Shown piece after piece: positions 7,107-17,300 of a stretch of DNA of 58,160 bases. Origin of the DNA: Gaiellaceae bacterium (GTDB lineage: Bacteria > Actinomycetota > Thermoleophilia > Gaiellales > Gaiellaceae). Location: positions 1-58,160 of the forward strand of contig DATLYP010000069.1 in assembly GCA_035574655.1 (NCBI GenBank). Direction: 5' to 3'. Position 1 is the first letter of the stretch; each line of letters opens with the position of its first letter. Position numbers and translations under genes: made by a program. The notes beneath the pieces were generated by a model, which was not told where the DNA came from, made no database searches, and saw only the letters and a program-made list of their open reading frames with translations.

Positions 7107-9415
7107 GCGGCACGGTCTTCAAGAAGGTCGACTACGGGCTGAACACGCTCGTCGACAGCATCGAGCTCGGCGAGATCGGCCTTCCCGATCTCCAGCGCCC
7201 GTTCGTCTGGGACAGCGTCAAAGTTCGAGATCTCTTCGACTTCATGTATCGCGGGTACCCGGTCGGCCACCTTCTCTTCTGGGAGAGCGGCGCTGAACCG
7301 GGGGCGCGCCAGATCGGTGCTTCGGCCAAGCAGCTCGCACCGCGGCTCCTCATCGTCGACGGCCAGCAACGGCTCACGTCGCTCTTCGCAGTCATGAAAC
7401 AGAAGCCGGTAGTCACGAAGGACTACGCGACACGGCGGATCCAGATCGCATTTCGGCCGCGCGACGCGACGTTTGCCGTCGCGGACGCGACGACGGCGAA
7501 GGATCCCGCGTTTCTCGCGGACATCGGCGAGATCTGGGCGCGTCCCGTCTACCAAGTCATCACGGAGTTCCTGGAACGGCTACGTGAAGCTGGCGGGCTC
7601 GGCGGGCACGACGAGGAGGTCATCCCCGCCGCGCTTGGCCGGCTCGAGGGGCTGAAGTCGTATCCGTTTACCGCCCTCGTGCTCGGCGCGGACATCGACG
7701 AAGAGCGGGTCGCGGAGGTGTTCGTCCGTGTCAACTCCCAGGGCAAGAACCTGAACCAGGCGGACTTCATCCTCACGCTCATGAGCGTGTTTTGGGACGA
7801 GGGCCGGGCCGAGCTCGAGCAGTGGTCGCGGGACGTCCGTGCTCCCGGGGACCCGGCTCACAACGCATACATCGCCCCGGATCCAGATCAGCTTCTGCGC
7901 GTCGCGATCGCGCTCGGGTTCAGGAGAGGGCGGCTCGAGGACGCGTACTCGGTACTTCGCGGAAGAGACCGTGCCACCGGGAAGGTCTCACCGGAGCTCC
8001 GCGAGAAGCAGTTCGCGCGGCTGGAGGCGGCACAGGACAAGGTCCTCGACAAGGAGGTCTGGAAGGAGTACCTACAGTGCCTGCTCCGTGCGGGGCATCG
8101 ATCGTCGGCGACGATCAGCTCGAACCTCGCGATCCTCTACTCGTACGCCTTCTACCTCATCGGCAAGCACGACTACGGAGTGCCGTGGAAGCAGCTTCGC
8201 GAGGTGATCGCACGGTGGTTCTTCATGAGCTCGCTCACGGCGCGGTACTCGGCCAGTCCCGAGACGACGGTCGCCGCGGATCTCGCGTCGCTTCCCGCCG
8301 ACGGCGGCGCTGGAGGGTTTATCGCCCGGCTGGACGAGATGATCGCCCAGCGACTTACGAACGACTACTGGGAGATCACGCTCCCAGGCGACCTGGCAAC
8401 GTCCGCGAGCCGCTCCCCGTCGCTCTTCGCCTACCTGGCGGCACTCAACATCCTCGACGCGCCCGTTCTCTTCTCGAAGATGCGTGTCGCGGAGCTCTTC
8501 GACCCCGCGCTCGCCGGAGGGTGGGTCAAGGTCCAACGGCATCACCTCTTTCCACGGAAGTACCTGGAAGGCTTGGGAATCACCGATCTCAAGCAGGTCA
8601 ACCAGATCGCGAACCTGGCCGTGCTCGAGTGGCACGACAACCTGTCGATCTCCGCGACCGACCCCACCGTGTACTGGCCGGCCTATCTCGATGCGATGCG
8701 CAATCCGCCGGGCGGGATGGCGCCGTTCACCGAGCCCGAGATCGAGTCGATGCTCCATCTCCACGCGCTGCCGGAGGGGTGGCCGGAGATGCCGTTCGAC
8801 GAGTTCCTCGCTGAGCGTCGCCGGCTGATGGCCGGTGTAATCCGGGAGGCGTACGAGCGCCTTGTGCACGGCGTACCCGACGCGGTCACGACGGTCTCAT
8901 GGCCGCCCTCGCCCGCTGCAGTCGAGCACCTTCTGCATGCGGGGGAGACGACTGGAGTCGAGCTGAAGTCCTCGCTCCGGGCGGACACGCTGAACCGAGG
9001 GGTTCCGCCGAAGGTGATCGAGAAGGTCGTCGCCCGAACCGTCGCGGGGTTCATGAACGCCCACGGCGGTGTGCTCGTGATCGGAGTCGACGACGACGGC
9101 AACCCCCTCGGGCTCGAGCGTGATCTCGCCACGCTGGGCCGCAAGGATCTCGACGGTTTCCAGCAGGCACTCATCGGAGTCCTGTCCTCGTACCTCGGTA
9201 CAGATGTCGCGGCAAGCGTCCGCGTGCACCTGACCAAGGTCGGCCCAGGCGGCCACGACGTCGCACTCGTCGACTGTCCTGCGTATGGAAAGCCGGTCTT
9301 CCTGGGCGATGGCCAGGGCAAGGAGTTCCACGTCCGCGCCGGGAACACGACTCGGCTCATGGACGTCGAGGAGGCTGCGACCTACACTCGCCAGCATTGG
9401 AAGACGCCGGCGTAG
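7103..9415 (+). CDS. GmrSD-family type IV restriction enzyme (DUF262 + DUF1524 His-Me nuclease) fused to a C-terminal AlbA_2/Schlafen-like domain
   Basis: DUF262 motif LLIVDGQQRLTSLF (aa 82-95). DUF1524-type motif VQRHHLFPRKYL...NQIANLAVLEWHDNLSIS (aa 477-516). The C-terminal aa ~612-770 read GVELKSSLR...VIEKVVARTVAGFMNAHGGVLVIGVDDDGNPLGLERD, typical of the AlbA_2 (divergent AAA_4) domain. Confidence 0.8.
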   Translation: MSGTVFKKVDYGLNTLVDSIELGEIGLPDLQRPFVWDSVKVRDLFDFMYRGYPVGHLLFWESGAEPGARQIGASAKQLAPRLLIVDGQQRLTSLFAVMKQKPVVTKDYATRRIQIAFRPRDATFAVADATTAKDPAFLADIGEIWARPVYQVITEFLERLREAGGLGGHDEEVIPAALGRLEGLKSYPFTALVLGADIDEERVAEVFVRVNSQGKNLNQADFILTLMSVFWDEGRAELEQWSRDVRAPGDPAHNAYIAPDPDQLLRVAIALGFRRGRLEDAYSVLRGRDRATGKVSPELREKQFARLEAAQDKVLDKEVWKEYLQCLLRAGHRSSATISSNLAILYSYAFYLIGKHDYGVPWKQLREVIARWFFMSSLTARYSASPETTVAADLASLPADGGAGGFIARLDEMIAQRLTNDYWEITLPGDLATSASRSPSLFAYLAALNILDAPVLFSKMRVAELFDPALAGGWVKVQRHHLFPRKYLEGLGITDLKQVNQIANLAVLEWHDNLSISATDPTVYWPAYLDAMRNPPGGMAPFTEPEIESMLHLHALPEGWPEMPFDEFLAERRRLMAGVIREAYERLVHGVPDAVTTVSWPPSPAAVEHLLHAGETTGVELKSSLRADTLNRGVPPKVIEKVVARTVAGFMNAHGGVLVIGVDDDGNPLGLERDLATLGRKDLDGFQQALIGVLSSYLGTDVAASVRVHLTKVGPGGHDVALVDCPAYGKPVFLGDGQGKEFHVRAGNTTRLMDVEEAATYTRQHWKTPA

Positions 9416-9466
9416 CGGCGATCTCACGCTCAATGAAGCTCGGCTGGGTGGCGATATCTCCGCAAG

Positions 9467-12400
9467 ATGGTTGACCGAGGTCTCGAAGCGCTGGAGTGCC
9501 CCGAGTGCGGCGGGCCGATGGAGGTCAGGCGCGCTCGTCGCGGACGCAATGCCGGAGGGCTCTTCTGGGGGTGCATGGACTACCCCAACTGTCGCGGAAC
9601 GCGCGACTACGAGGTGGCGGAGCCCCACGGGGTCGGCGCCGACGGCGAGGGCGTCGGGCCGCGGCCGGACTGTCCCCGAGGTCACGGGCCGATGGTTCTC
9701 AAGCTGGCGCGACGCGGCAGGAACGCCGGGCGGGCGTTCTGGTCGTGCTCGATCTATCCGACGTGTAACGAGACGGTAGACGCCGAGGAAGGCATGGCCG
9801 CACACGCCGATGCGCGACGCCCGTCCGCGTCGTCGCGGCGCTCGGTGCAGTGGGTCGATCGGACGCTCGACCGGCATGGATGGACGTGCCGCTACACCAC
9901 GGCTGGCGCGTCGCTTCGCGCGCTCGTTGGCTCGATCGAGCTTGGCGCGGAGGTCAGCCAGGCGTGGATCGCACGGAGCGAAGGCACGGCGTTCCCCCCC
10001 GAGCCTGTTCTGCGCGTCGTAGGCCTGTGTCGCAAGATTCTCCAGCGCGGGTCGGCTCCGCCGCTGGATCCGTTTGCCGAGCAAGCCCTGCTCGAGCGTA
10101 TAGGACTCGGCGACGAGCTCGAGTCGGCGCCCTTGCCGGGTGATCTGAGCAAGCGGCTTCGCAACCCACCACGCATCGATGCGCTCGCCGGTGTGATCGG
10201 CTCGGGCGCAGCGGAACTGCGGCTCGACCCGGGCCTCGAGCTCGACTCGGAGGAAGAGCGGCTTGCCCTGGAGGCTTTGGTGGCGGAGGCAGGCCCCGAG
10301 GTCGCGCGGTGGCTTGTTCCTCAGCCCTCTCTCGAGGCACTGATCGGCTCGGCGGAGCCGTTCGGCCGCCGCGTCGACCTGCTCGTAGCCGCGCCTTGGA
10401 GCGATCCGTTCGTGCTCGAGATCGACGGGAGCCAGCACGCGAGCTCCACAGCCGTCGACGACGATCGAGACGACGCACTCCGCGCCGCCGGACTCCCAGT
10501 CCACCGCGTCCCCGCCGACGCTGTGCGCAACCGCGAGCGACTTTGGCTCGACGAGGTTCGGGCCAGGCTCCCTCGACGTCAGCCTCAACGGGACAGCCGT
10601 GCGTCAGACCTCGTCTATGGCCCGGCACAGGTGCACCGGTTCGCTCTCGCCGTGCTCGAGGCTCTCGGCGCGGGGCACCTCTCGGGCACTCGCTGGGTGA
10701 TCGATGTCCGCGACGACCTCGATCTTCTCGGCGACGACCTGGTCTCGCCGTACTTCGGGCTGATTGCGGCCGTCGACTCTCTCTGGGCGGGAACCGTCGC
10801 GCCTGACGAAGTCGTTCTCGGGGTCAACGGTCGGTGGCGTCTTCTGCGCAGGCAGGGCATCACCTTCGAGGCTGTCGGTACAGCATCCCCCGAGCCCGCG
10901 ATGGTGGTGATCCACCTTGAGGCCGGACGAAGCGCGATCGAGGAGCTCCCTGCTCTCGGAGAGGTGCCTGCAGTGGTGGTGCGGAGCGCGTTCCTTCCGG
11001 CACGAATCGCTGATCCGGTCTACGAGGGGTCGAGACGCGCGGTCGTTCAGACGGAAGGGGAGGAGATCGAGAAGGCACTGGTCTTCCTGTTGCGGTCGAT
11101 CTTCGCGAAGGAGGACTTCCGCGAAGGCCAGCTCGATGCGCTGTTGGAGGTCGTCGAAGGGCGAGACTGCGTTGTTCTTCTTCCGACCGGTGCTGGCAAG
11201 AGTCTCATCTACCAACTTGCCGGCCTGTGTCTCCCTGGCCGCACGTTGATCGTGGATCCGCTGGTGTCGCTGATGGAGGATCAGGTCGAGGGGCTGGCGG
11301 TACACGGCGTCGATCGGGTCGCCCTGATCAGCTCCTACTTGGTTCGGCAAGGGCTTCGAGCGAGGATCCTCGACGAGATCAGCTCCGGCGAAGCGCTCTT
11401 TGTCTTCGTCTCTCCGGAGCGTTTGCAGCAGCCGGAGTTTCGCTCGACTCTTCGCGCGCTTGCGCAGACGAGCCCAATCAACATCGCAGTTGTCGACGAG
11501 GCGCATTGCGTGTCCGAGTGGGGACACGACTTCCGGACGGCGTACCTCAACGTCGCTCGCGTGCTGCGCGAGGTCTGTCGCGACGCCGACGGAGTTCCGC
11601 CGCCACTCCTCGCGCTCACCGGCACCGCGTCGCGTGCGGTCTTGAGGGACGTGTTGATCGAGCTGGGGATCGAGCGGAACTCGGAGCGGGCCGTCGTCCG
11701 TCCGCGGTCGTTCGACCGTCCGGAGCTGCGATACACGGTTCAGCGCGTAGATCCCTCGGAAGCTGCGGCCGCGTTGGTCGGCTATCTCCGCTCCTTGCCG
11801 TCGAAGTTCGGCGTGCCTGCGACGGACTTCTTCCGCGCGCGCGGCGACCGGACCTTCTCAGGTCTCGTCTTCTGCCCGAACGTCAACGGCCGAGCTGGTG
11901 TCGTCGAGGTCTCCGAAGCGCTTCGGGGCGTCCTGGGAGTGCCGCCTCCGATCTACAGCGGCTCGACGGCACCGAAAGGGATGGACTCGGGGGACTGGGA
12001 GTCCGCCAAGCGGCGCAACGCGAACGCCTTCAAGCGCAACGAGGCACCGCTGCTCGTCTCGACGAAAGCGTTCGGGATGGGGATCGACAAGCCGAACATC
12101 CGCTACGTCGTGCACTTCGGGATCCCGGGGTCGATCGAGGGGTACTACCAGGAGGTCGGCCGCGGGGGCCGGGATCGCCAGCGCGCCGAATGCGGACTGT
12201 TCCTGGTCGAGTACGACGAGCGACGAGCCCGCGAGCTGCTGGACGACGAGGCTGATCTCGAGAAGGCGCGTGCTGATCACGAGGCGATCACCTGGGCTGA
12301 GGCCGACGACATCTCGGGCCAGCTCTACTTCCATCTCCGCGCGTTCTCGGGAGTCGACGAAGAGGCCGCCGTACTCGATGACGTGCTCGAGGAGCTTGGC

Positions 12401-13363
12401 GAGATCTCTCGCCGCCGTACGGTCGAGATTCCAATGGGAGACGACGACGATGCACGCGAGCGCGCGCTTCACCGGCTGGTCGTTCTGGGAGTGGTTCAGG
12501 ACTACCTCGTCGAGTGGGGCTCCAAGAAGTTCGTTGTCGAGGTGCGCGGGGTCGGCTCGGACGACGTCGTCGATTCGTTGTTGCGATACGTGGGCCGGAA
12601 CCAGCCCGGACGCGTGGAGACCATCGCCGCACACGCGGCGCCGTGTCGGCTGATGGACGCAAGTGAGGCGGCCGAGGGTTGCGGCCGGATCCTGATCGAG
12701 TTCGTCTACGACACCGTGGAACGGTCGCGCAGGCGGAGCCTGCGGGAGATGTGGCTCGCCGCACGCGAGAGCGGCGGAGACGCCAACGTCACGTTCAGAC
12801 AGCGGATTCTCGACTATCTCTCCGAGGGCGACATCAGTCCGACGCTCGAGCGGCTCGTGGACGCCCCGCGATTCCGGTACTCCGAGTGGCAGGAGGAGCT
12901 CTCGAAGCTCCTCGGCACCGACGAGGCGCGCGAGCTTCGCGGCAACACGGCGCGCCTGCTCAGCTCGTATCCCGACCACCCCGGGATGCTCCTCGCGCGT
13001 GGATTCAGCGAGCTCGCGGACGACCGCGGGAACCTCTCCGAGCTCGTTTCCTCTCTGGAGACGTCTGTTGCGAGCTCGGTGGCCAGATACGCGAGCACCG
13101 AGTCGGAGCTCGAGGAGCTCTTCTCTTGGCTGCTCGAGGAGGCCGATCGCCGCCGTCGGCCCGCCGCGCGGACCGCCGTGGTCTCAGTGGCGCTGAGGTT
13201 CGATGCGCTTGTACCGATCGGAACTCGGGAGCTGGAGCGCGCTCTCGACGCTCCGGATCGTGCCGAACCAGGACTTCTCGTGCTTGCGCTCGCCGATGCG
13301 CTCGATAGAACCGCGTCGCACGTTGAAGCGCTGCTGTCAGAGACGGAAGGAGTTCTCGGATGA
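9467..13363 (+). CDS. Large RecQ-family SF2 helicase (1298 aa) with two N-terminal topoisomerase-type Zn ribbons and a Vsr/DUF559-like endonuclease-fold module
   Basis: Zn ribbons: CPECGGPMEV..FWGCMDYPNC (aa 11-42) and CPRGHGPMVL..FWSCSIYPTC (aa 69-100). DUF559-like segment: RRVDLLVAAPWSDPFVLEIDGSQH..DDDRDDALRAAGLPVHRV (aa 301-348). RecQ core: LLPTGAGKSLIYQ, VVDEAHCVSEWGHDFR, LTGTAS, FGMGIDKPNIRYVVHFGIPGSIEGYYQEVGRGGRD. Confidence 0.8.
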   Translation: MVDRGLEALECPECGGPMEVRRARRGRNAGGLFWGCMDYPNCRGTRDYEVAEPHGVGADGEGVGPRPDCPRGHGPMVLKLARRGRNAGRAFWSCSIYPTCNETVDAEEGMAAHADARRPSASSRRSVQWVDRTLDRHGWTCRYTTAGASLRALVGSIELGAEVSQAWIARSEGTAFPPEPVLRVVGLCRKILQRGSAPPLDPFAEQALLERIGLGDELESAPLPGDLSKRLRNPPRIDALAGVIGSGAAELRLDPGLELDSEEERLALEALVAEAGPEVARWLVPQPSLEALIGSAEPFGRRVDLLVAAPWSDPFVLEIDGSQHASSTAVDDDRDDALRAAGLPVHRVPADAVRNRERLWLDEVRARLPRRQPQRDSRASDLVYGPAQVHRFALAVLEALGAGHLSGTRWVIDVRDDLDLLGDDLVSPYFGLIAAVDSLWAGTVAPDEVVLGVNGRWRLLRRQGITFEAVGTASPEPAMVVIHLEAGRSAIEELPALGEVPAVVVRSAFLPARIADPVYEGSRRAVVQTEGEEIEKALVFLLRSIFAKEDFREGQLDALLEVVEGRDCVVLLPTGAGKSLIYQLAGLCLPGRTLIVDPLVSLMEDQVEGLAVHGVDRVALISSYLVRQGLRARILDEISSGEALFVFVSPERLQQPEFRSTLRALAQTSPINIAVVDEAHCVSEWGHDFRTAYLNVARVLREVCRDADGVPPPLLALTGTASRAVLRDVLIELGIERNSERAVVRPRSFDRPELRYTVQRVDPSEAAAALVGYLRSLPSKFGVPATDFFRARGDRTFSGLVFCPNVNGRAGVVEVSEALRGVLGVPPPIYSGSTAPKGMDSGDWESAKRRNANAFKRNEAPLLVSTKAFGMGIDKPNIRYVVHFGIPGSIEGYYQEVGRGGRDRQRAECGLFLVEYDERRARELLDDEADLEKARADHEAITWAEADDISGQLYFHLRAFSGVDEEAAVLDDVLEELGEISRRRTVEIPMGDDDDARERALHRLVVLGVVQDYLVEWGSKKFVVEVRGVGSDDVVDSLLRYVGRNQPGRVETIAAHAAPCRLMDASEAAEGCGRILIEFVYDTVERSRRRSLREMWLAARESGGDANVTFRQRILDYLSEGDISPTLERLVDAPRFRYSEWQEELSKLLGTDEARELRGNTARLLSSYPDHPGMLLARGFSELADDRGNLSELVSSLETSVASSVARYASTESELEELFSWLLEEADRRRRPAARTAVVSVALRFDALVPIGTRELERALDAPDRAEPGLLVLALADALDRTASHVEALLSETEGVLG

Positions 13364-13815
13364 GTGAGAGCGAAGACGGGTTGACGCTCGACGCCGTCGT
13401 CAAGAGGTTTGCGGATTCCGAGCGGGCACTCGGCGAAGTGCGTGAGAGGCTGACGGCGCTGGCGGCGTCTGCGACGGAAGCGAACGCTTCAGCAGCGTCC
13501 CTCCGGGAGACCGCGGACTCGGTGCGTGAGTTCGCGCAGCGCGCCGCCATGGTTACCGACGAGCTTCGCGAGGTAACTGCGCAGGCTCGCGGAGTGCTCG
13601 AGCGTGGCGCCGCTGTGCTCGACGGAAGCGCTCTCCGCGCGATTGAGCAGCGGCTCGTGGAAGTGGTTGGTGAGCTCCGAGAGGCGCATACCTCCATGGC
13701 GGGTTCGCTGCACGAGATCGAGGCGCGCGTCACGCGCATCGACGCCGGCGCCGCTCGGATTTTCAAGAACACACTTCCCCGGCGCCAGCGGAATCTGGAG
13801 TACCCGGGCGAGTGA
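13360..13815 (+). CDS. Coiled-coil hypothetical protein (151 aa)
   Basis: The ATG overlaps the RecQ-like stop (ATGA). The sequence is Ala/Glu/Arg/Leu heptad-like throughout (EVRERLTALAASATEANASAASLRETADSVREFAQRAAMVTDELREVTAQARG). No catalytic motif was seen. Confidence 0.5.
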   Translation: MSESEDGLTLDAVVKRFADSERALGEVRERLTALAASATEANASAASLRETADSVREFAQRAAMVTDELREVTAQARGVLERGAAVLDGSALRAIEQRLVEVVGELREAHTSMAGSLHEIEARVTRIDAGAARIFKNTLPRRQRNLEYPGE

Positions 13816-13817
13816 GC

Positions 13818-14309
13818 ATGAGCTACCTCCTGCCGATCGCCGACCGCGAGCCGCTCGTCTGGATCCTCCGCGAGCAGCGAACCGCCTTCGGCGAGAACCG
13901 CGCCCGCGACGCGCGGGCGCTCGAGGTCGGGGACGTCCTTTACCTGTACACGACCCGCGGCTGCTTCCGGAACCCGACCCGCGATCGCGGGCGCATCATC
14001 GGGCGCGCGACCGTCAAGAACCGCGCGAATGAGGTGCGCACCCCGCCGACCTTCGGCGGGCGCGAGTACCCGTACGTGGTCGAGCTCGAGATCGAGACGC
14101 TCGCCCCGCTCCGCCACGGCCTCGAGCTCGCCCCGCTCGTCCCGCGCCTCCCGCGCACCTTTCCCGACGCGAGGACGTGGAGCGTTCGCCTGCGCCGGGC
14201 CTTGGTGCCGCTCGACGAGCGCGACGCGGCCGAGATCGAGCGCCGGCTGGACGAGGAGGTCGCGCCGTACCCCGAGGCGCTGCCCTCGTACGGCGCCGCC
14301 GCCCGGTGA
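13818..14309 (+). CDS. EVE/PUA-like (ASCH-superfamily-like) small protein
   Basis: MSYLLPIADREPLVWILREQRTAFGENRARDARALEVGDVLYLYTTRG...RGRIIGRATV...YVVELEIETLAPL fits the EVE-type pattern (N-terminal beta strand, GD-hyd-hyd-hyd-Y, G-x-hyd-x-G). It starts 2 nt after the previous stop; an alternative GTG start lies at 13812. Confidence 0.5.
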   Translation: MSYLLPIADREPLVWILREQRTAFGENRARDARALEVGDVLYLYTTRGCFRNPTRDRGRIIGRATVKNRANEVRTPPTFGGREYPYVVELEIETLAPLRHGLELAPLVPRLPRTFPDARTWSVRLRRALVPLDERDAAEIERRLDEEVAPYPEALPSYGAAAR

Positions 14310-14373
14310 TCGACGCCCGCCGGCAGACGGCGCCGAGGCGGGTCGCGCTCCGGCGCTGCAAGCCGAAAGCGGC

Positions 14374-17300
14374 GTGAGCTCGACCTGGAGCGGGCCGTCC
14401 ACGCTCGCGGCGACGACGCTCGCGCAGTTCGTCCGCCTCGAGTCGTGCGAGCGCTACCTCTGGTACCGGCTGCACGCCAAGGAGACGCGCGACCTCTTCC
14501 GGCGCTACCGCGTCACCGAGCAGCCGCTGACGCCTCTCCTCAGCCAGCGAGGCGCTCGCCACGAGTCCGAGATCACGACCCAGCTCGCCGCCGAGGGCCG
14601 CGAGCTCGTCGACCTCGCCGAGCAGGGCGCGGACCGGACCGCGGCCGAGCTCGCCCGCGGCGCCACCTCCGCCCGCGTGCTCCTGCAGGCGAGGGTCGAA
14701 GGGACGATCGGGGCCTTCCCCGCGGCGGGGGTCGCCGACCTCGTCCTCGTCGAGCCGGGGAGCGAGGGCGGCGTCCGGGTCACCGTGGGCGACGCGAAGG
14801 CGAGCCGCCGCGACCGGCCCGAGCACCGCCTCCAGGTCGCGTTCTACGCCCTCCTCCTCCGCCAGCTCGCCGCCCGCGCCGGCGTCCACATCGAGGAGAT
14901 GCGCGGCTGCGTCTGGCGGGTCCCGCAGGGGCCGGAGGACGAGCAGCCGTCCCTCTTCGACCTCCAAGCCTACGAGGAGGCCGTCGAGCTCCTCGCGGGC
15001 GAGGGAAGCCGGCTCCTCCCCGTGGCGGCCGGATCCCGCGAGCAGGCGCGCTTCCACCTCACCTACAAGTGCGACGGCTGCCTCTACAACGCGCTCTGCA
15101 TGCGGGAGGCGGCGGAGGGGGAGACGCTGGCGCTCGTCCCCTTCCTCTCCAGCCGCGACCGGACCGCGCTCGAGCGGCACGGCGTCCGCTCGCTCCTCGA
15201 CCTCGCCCGCCTCAAGGGCCTGCCGCCGCCCGGCGACTACGAGGCGCCGCTCGCTCCCGTGGCCGACCCGTCCCTGCTCGCGCGGCTCGCCGCCGAGTGG
15301 CCGCTCGGCGCGAACCTCGACCTGCACGTGCAGCGCGCCCGGGCCGTCGCGCGCAACTGGCACGCCGAGGTCGAGTGGCGCCCCTGGATCCACGGCTCGG
15401 GCTTCGGCACCCTCCCCGACCCGGAGGCGTTTCCCGGCCTCGTCCGCGTCTACCTGGACGCCCAGCACGACTTCCTCGAGGACCGCGTCTACCTCGCCGC
15501 CGGGCTCGTCGTCGGCCCCCGGGGCCGGCGCGAGGTGCTCGAGATCACGGACGGCCCTCCCGGAGAGGAGCAGGAGGGGAGGCTCGTCGAGGCCTGGGTG
15601 ACACGGCTCCTCGCCGCCGTGCGCGAGGTCGCCGACGGCGACACCCTCTACCTCCACCTGTACGTGTACGACGGCTACGACCAGAAGGTCGTCCTGGACG
15701 CGATCCGCCGCCACCTCGACCGGCTCGCGGGGCTTCCCGACGTCTTCGACCTCCTCACCGAGACGGCGGCGACCTCGCAGGCGATGTTCAGCTTCCTCGC
15801 CCGGGAGGTCCGGGAGCGCAAGAACCTCGGCCTCCTCTGCCACTCGCTCCCGCTCGTCGCGCGCCGGCTCGGCTTCGACTGGAGCTTCGAGGGCGTCGAG
15901 CTGCACCGCGTCTTCCAGGCGCGCGTGTTCGACAACCGCCGCACGCTTCCCGACGGGCGCTGGTACGAGAGCGCCGCGCGCTTCAACTCGCAGATCCCGC
16001 TCGAGTACGCCTACGGCGCCTGGGGGCGGCTTCCCGAGCCGGAGGACGCGGAGTCGCGGCGCCTGCTCGAGCCCTTCCGCGTGACGCTCGACGAGCTCCT
16101 CCACTTCGCGCGCGCCCGCCTGCACGCGCTCCACCACCTCGACGAGTCGTTCCGCGTGCGCAACCGCTTCCTGCCGAAGGAGCCGATCCGCCTCCCCGAC
16201 CCCCGCGTCGCGAGCGGCGCCGAGCCGCGGCTCGCCGATGTCCTCCTCGAGTTCCTGTACGTCGAGCACCACGCCAAGCTGCAGGGGCTCCTCTCGCTCT
16301 TCGCCCTGCCGCTCGAGCGGCGGGTGGCGAGCGGCGCCTCCCTCCTCCTCGAGGCGCTCGAGGACGCAGATCGCGGGCGCTGCCGCTTCCGCATCCGCTT
16401 CGACTTGGCCGGCCTCGACCCGGTGCCCGCGCTCCAGCAGATGGCGCCCGAGGAAGGCGACTGGATGGTGATCGGGCCCGCGCGCGCGTCGGCGAAGCCG
16501 TGGGACGTGGTGCGCGGGCGGATCGCCGTCATCGACGCGATCGAGGACGACGAGATCGTCCTCCACCTGATGCCGATGTCGTTCGGGAGGAGCGAGTTCC
16601 GGTTCGCGCACAACGCCTCGCTCGCCATCGCGCGCGGCGCCCTGTACGTGCTCGACCCGATGGCGGACGACCTCGTCGCCGAGCGCGTGCTCGACGCCTG
16701 CCGAAACGCCGACCACAACGCGTTCCTCGCCTGGATCGAGCGCGGGCCGGAGGCGATCGGCAGCCGCGGGGTCTCGGCCGCGGAGCGGCAGGCGCTCGGC
16801 GCGTTCCTCGAGGCGCTCGAGCAGGCGGCGAGCATCCTGACTCCCACCCAGCGGCAGGGGGACGTGATCGCCCACCGCTCGCGCGAGCGGGTCCTGCTCG
16901 TGCAGGGGCCGCCCGGTACCGGCAAGACGCACACGCTCGCGTGGGCCATCCTCGCCAGGGCGTATGCGGCGGCGCTCGCCGGGAGGTCGTTCCACGTGCT
17001 CGTCAGCGCGATGACTCACACCGCAGTCGAGGTCGTGCTTCGCTCGATTGCGGACAAGCTCGGGCAGCTCGACCAGGAGCCTGCGGCCGCGCACCTCGCG
17101 GAGGCGCTCTCGGGGCTTCGGCTCTTCAAGGAGCAGTCGGTTCCCGGCCCGGTGCCCGAGGGGGTGGAGGCGGTCGAGCGGGACGACCTGCTCGAGTGCT
17201 TGGAGCACGAGCTGGCGGTGATCGCGGCAGTGCCGTCGGGCGTGCACCGGCTGCTGCAGGGGGTGTCGAAGCCGATCGACTGGAGCCGCAGGCGGTTCGA

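Noticed and set aside
8897-10588. 563-aa minus-strand ORF spanning the GmrSD/RecQ junction
   Set aside because: It crosses an intergenic gap and lies antisense to two motif-rich genes. It has no domain signature.
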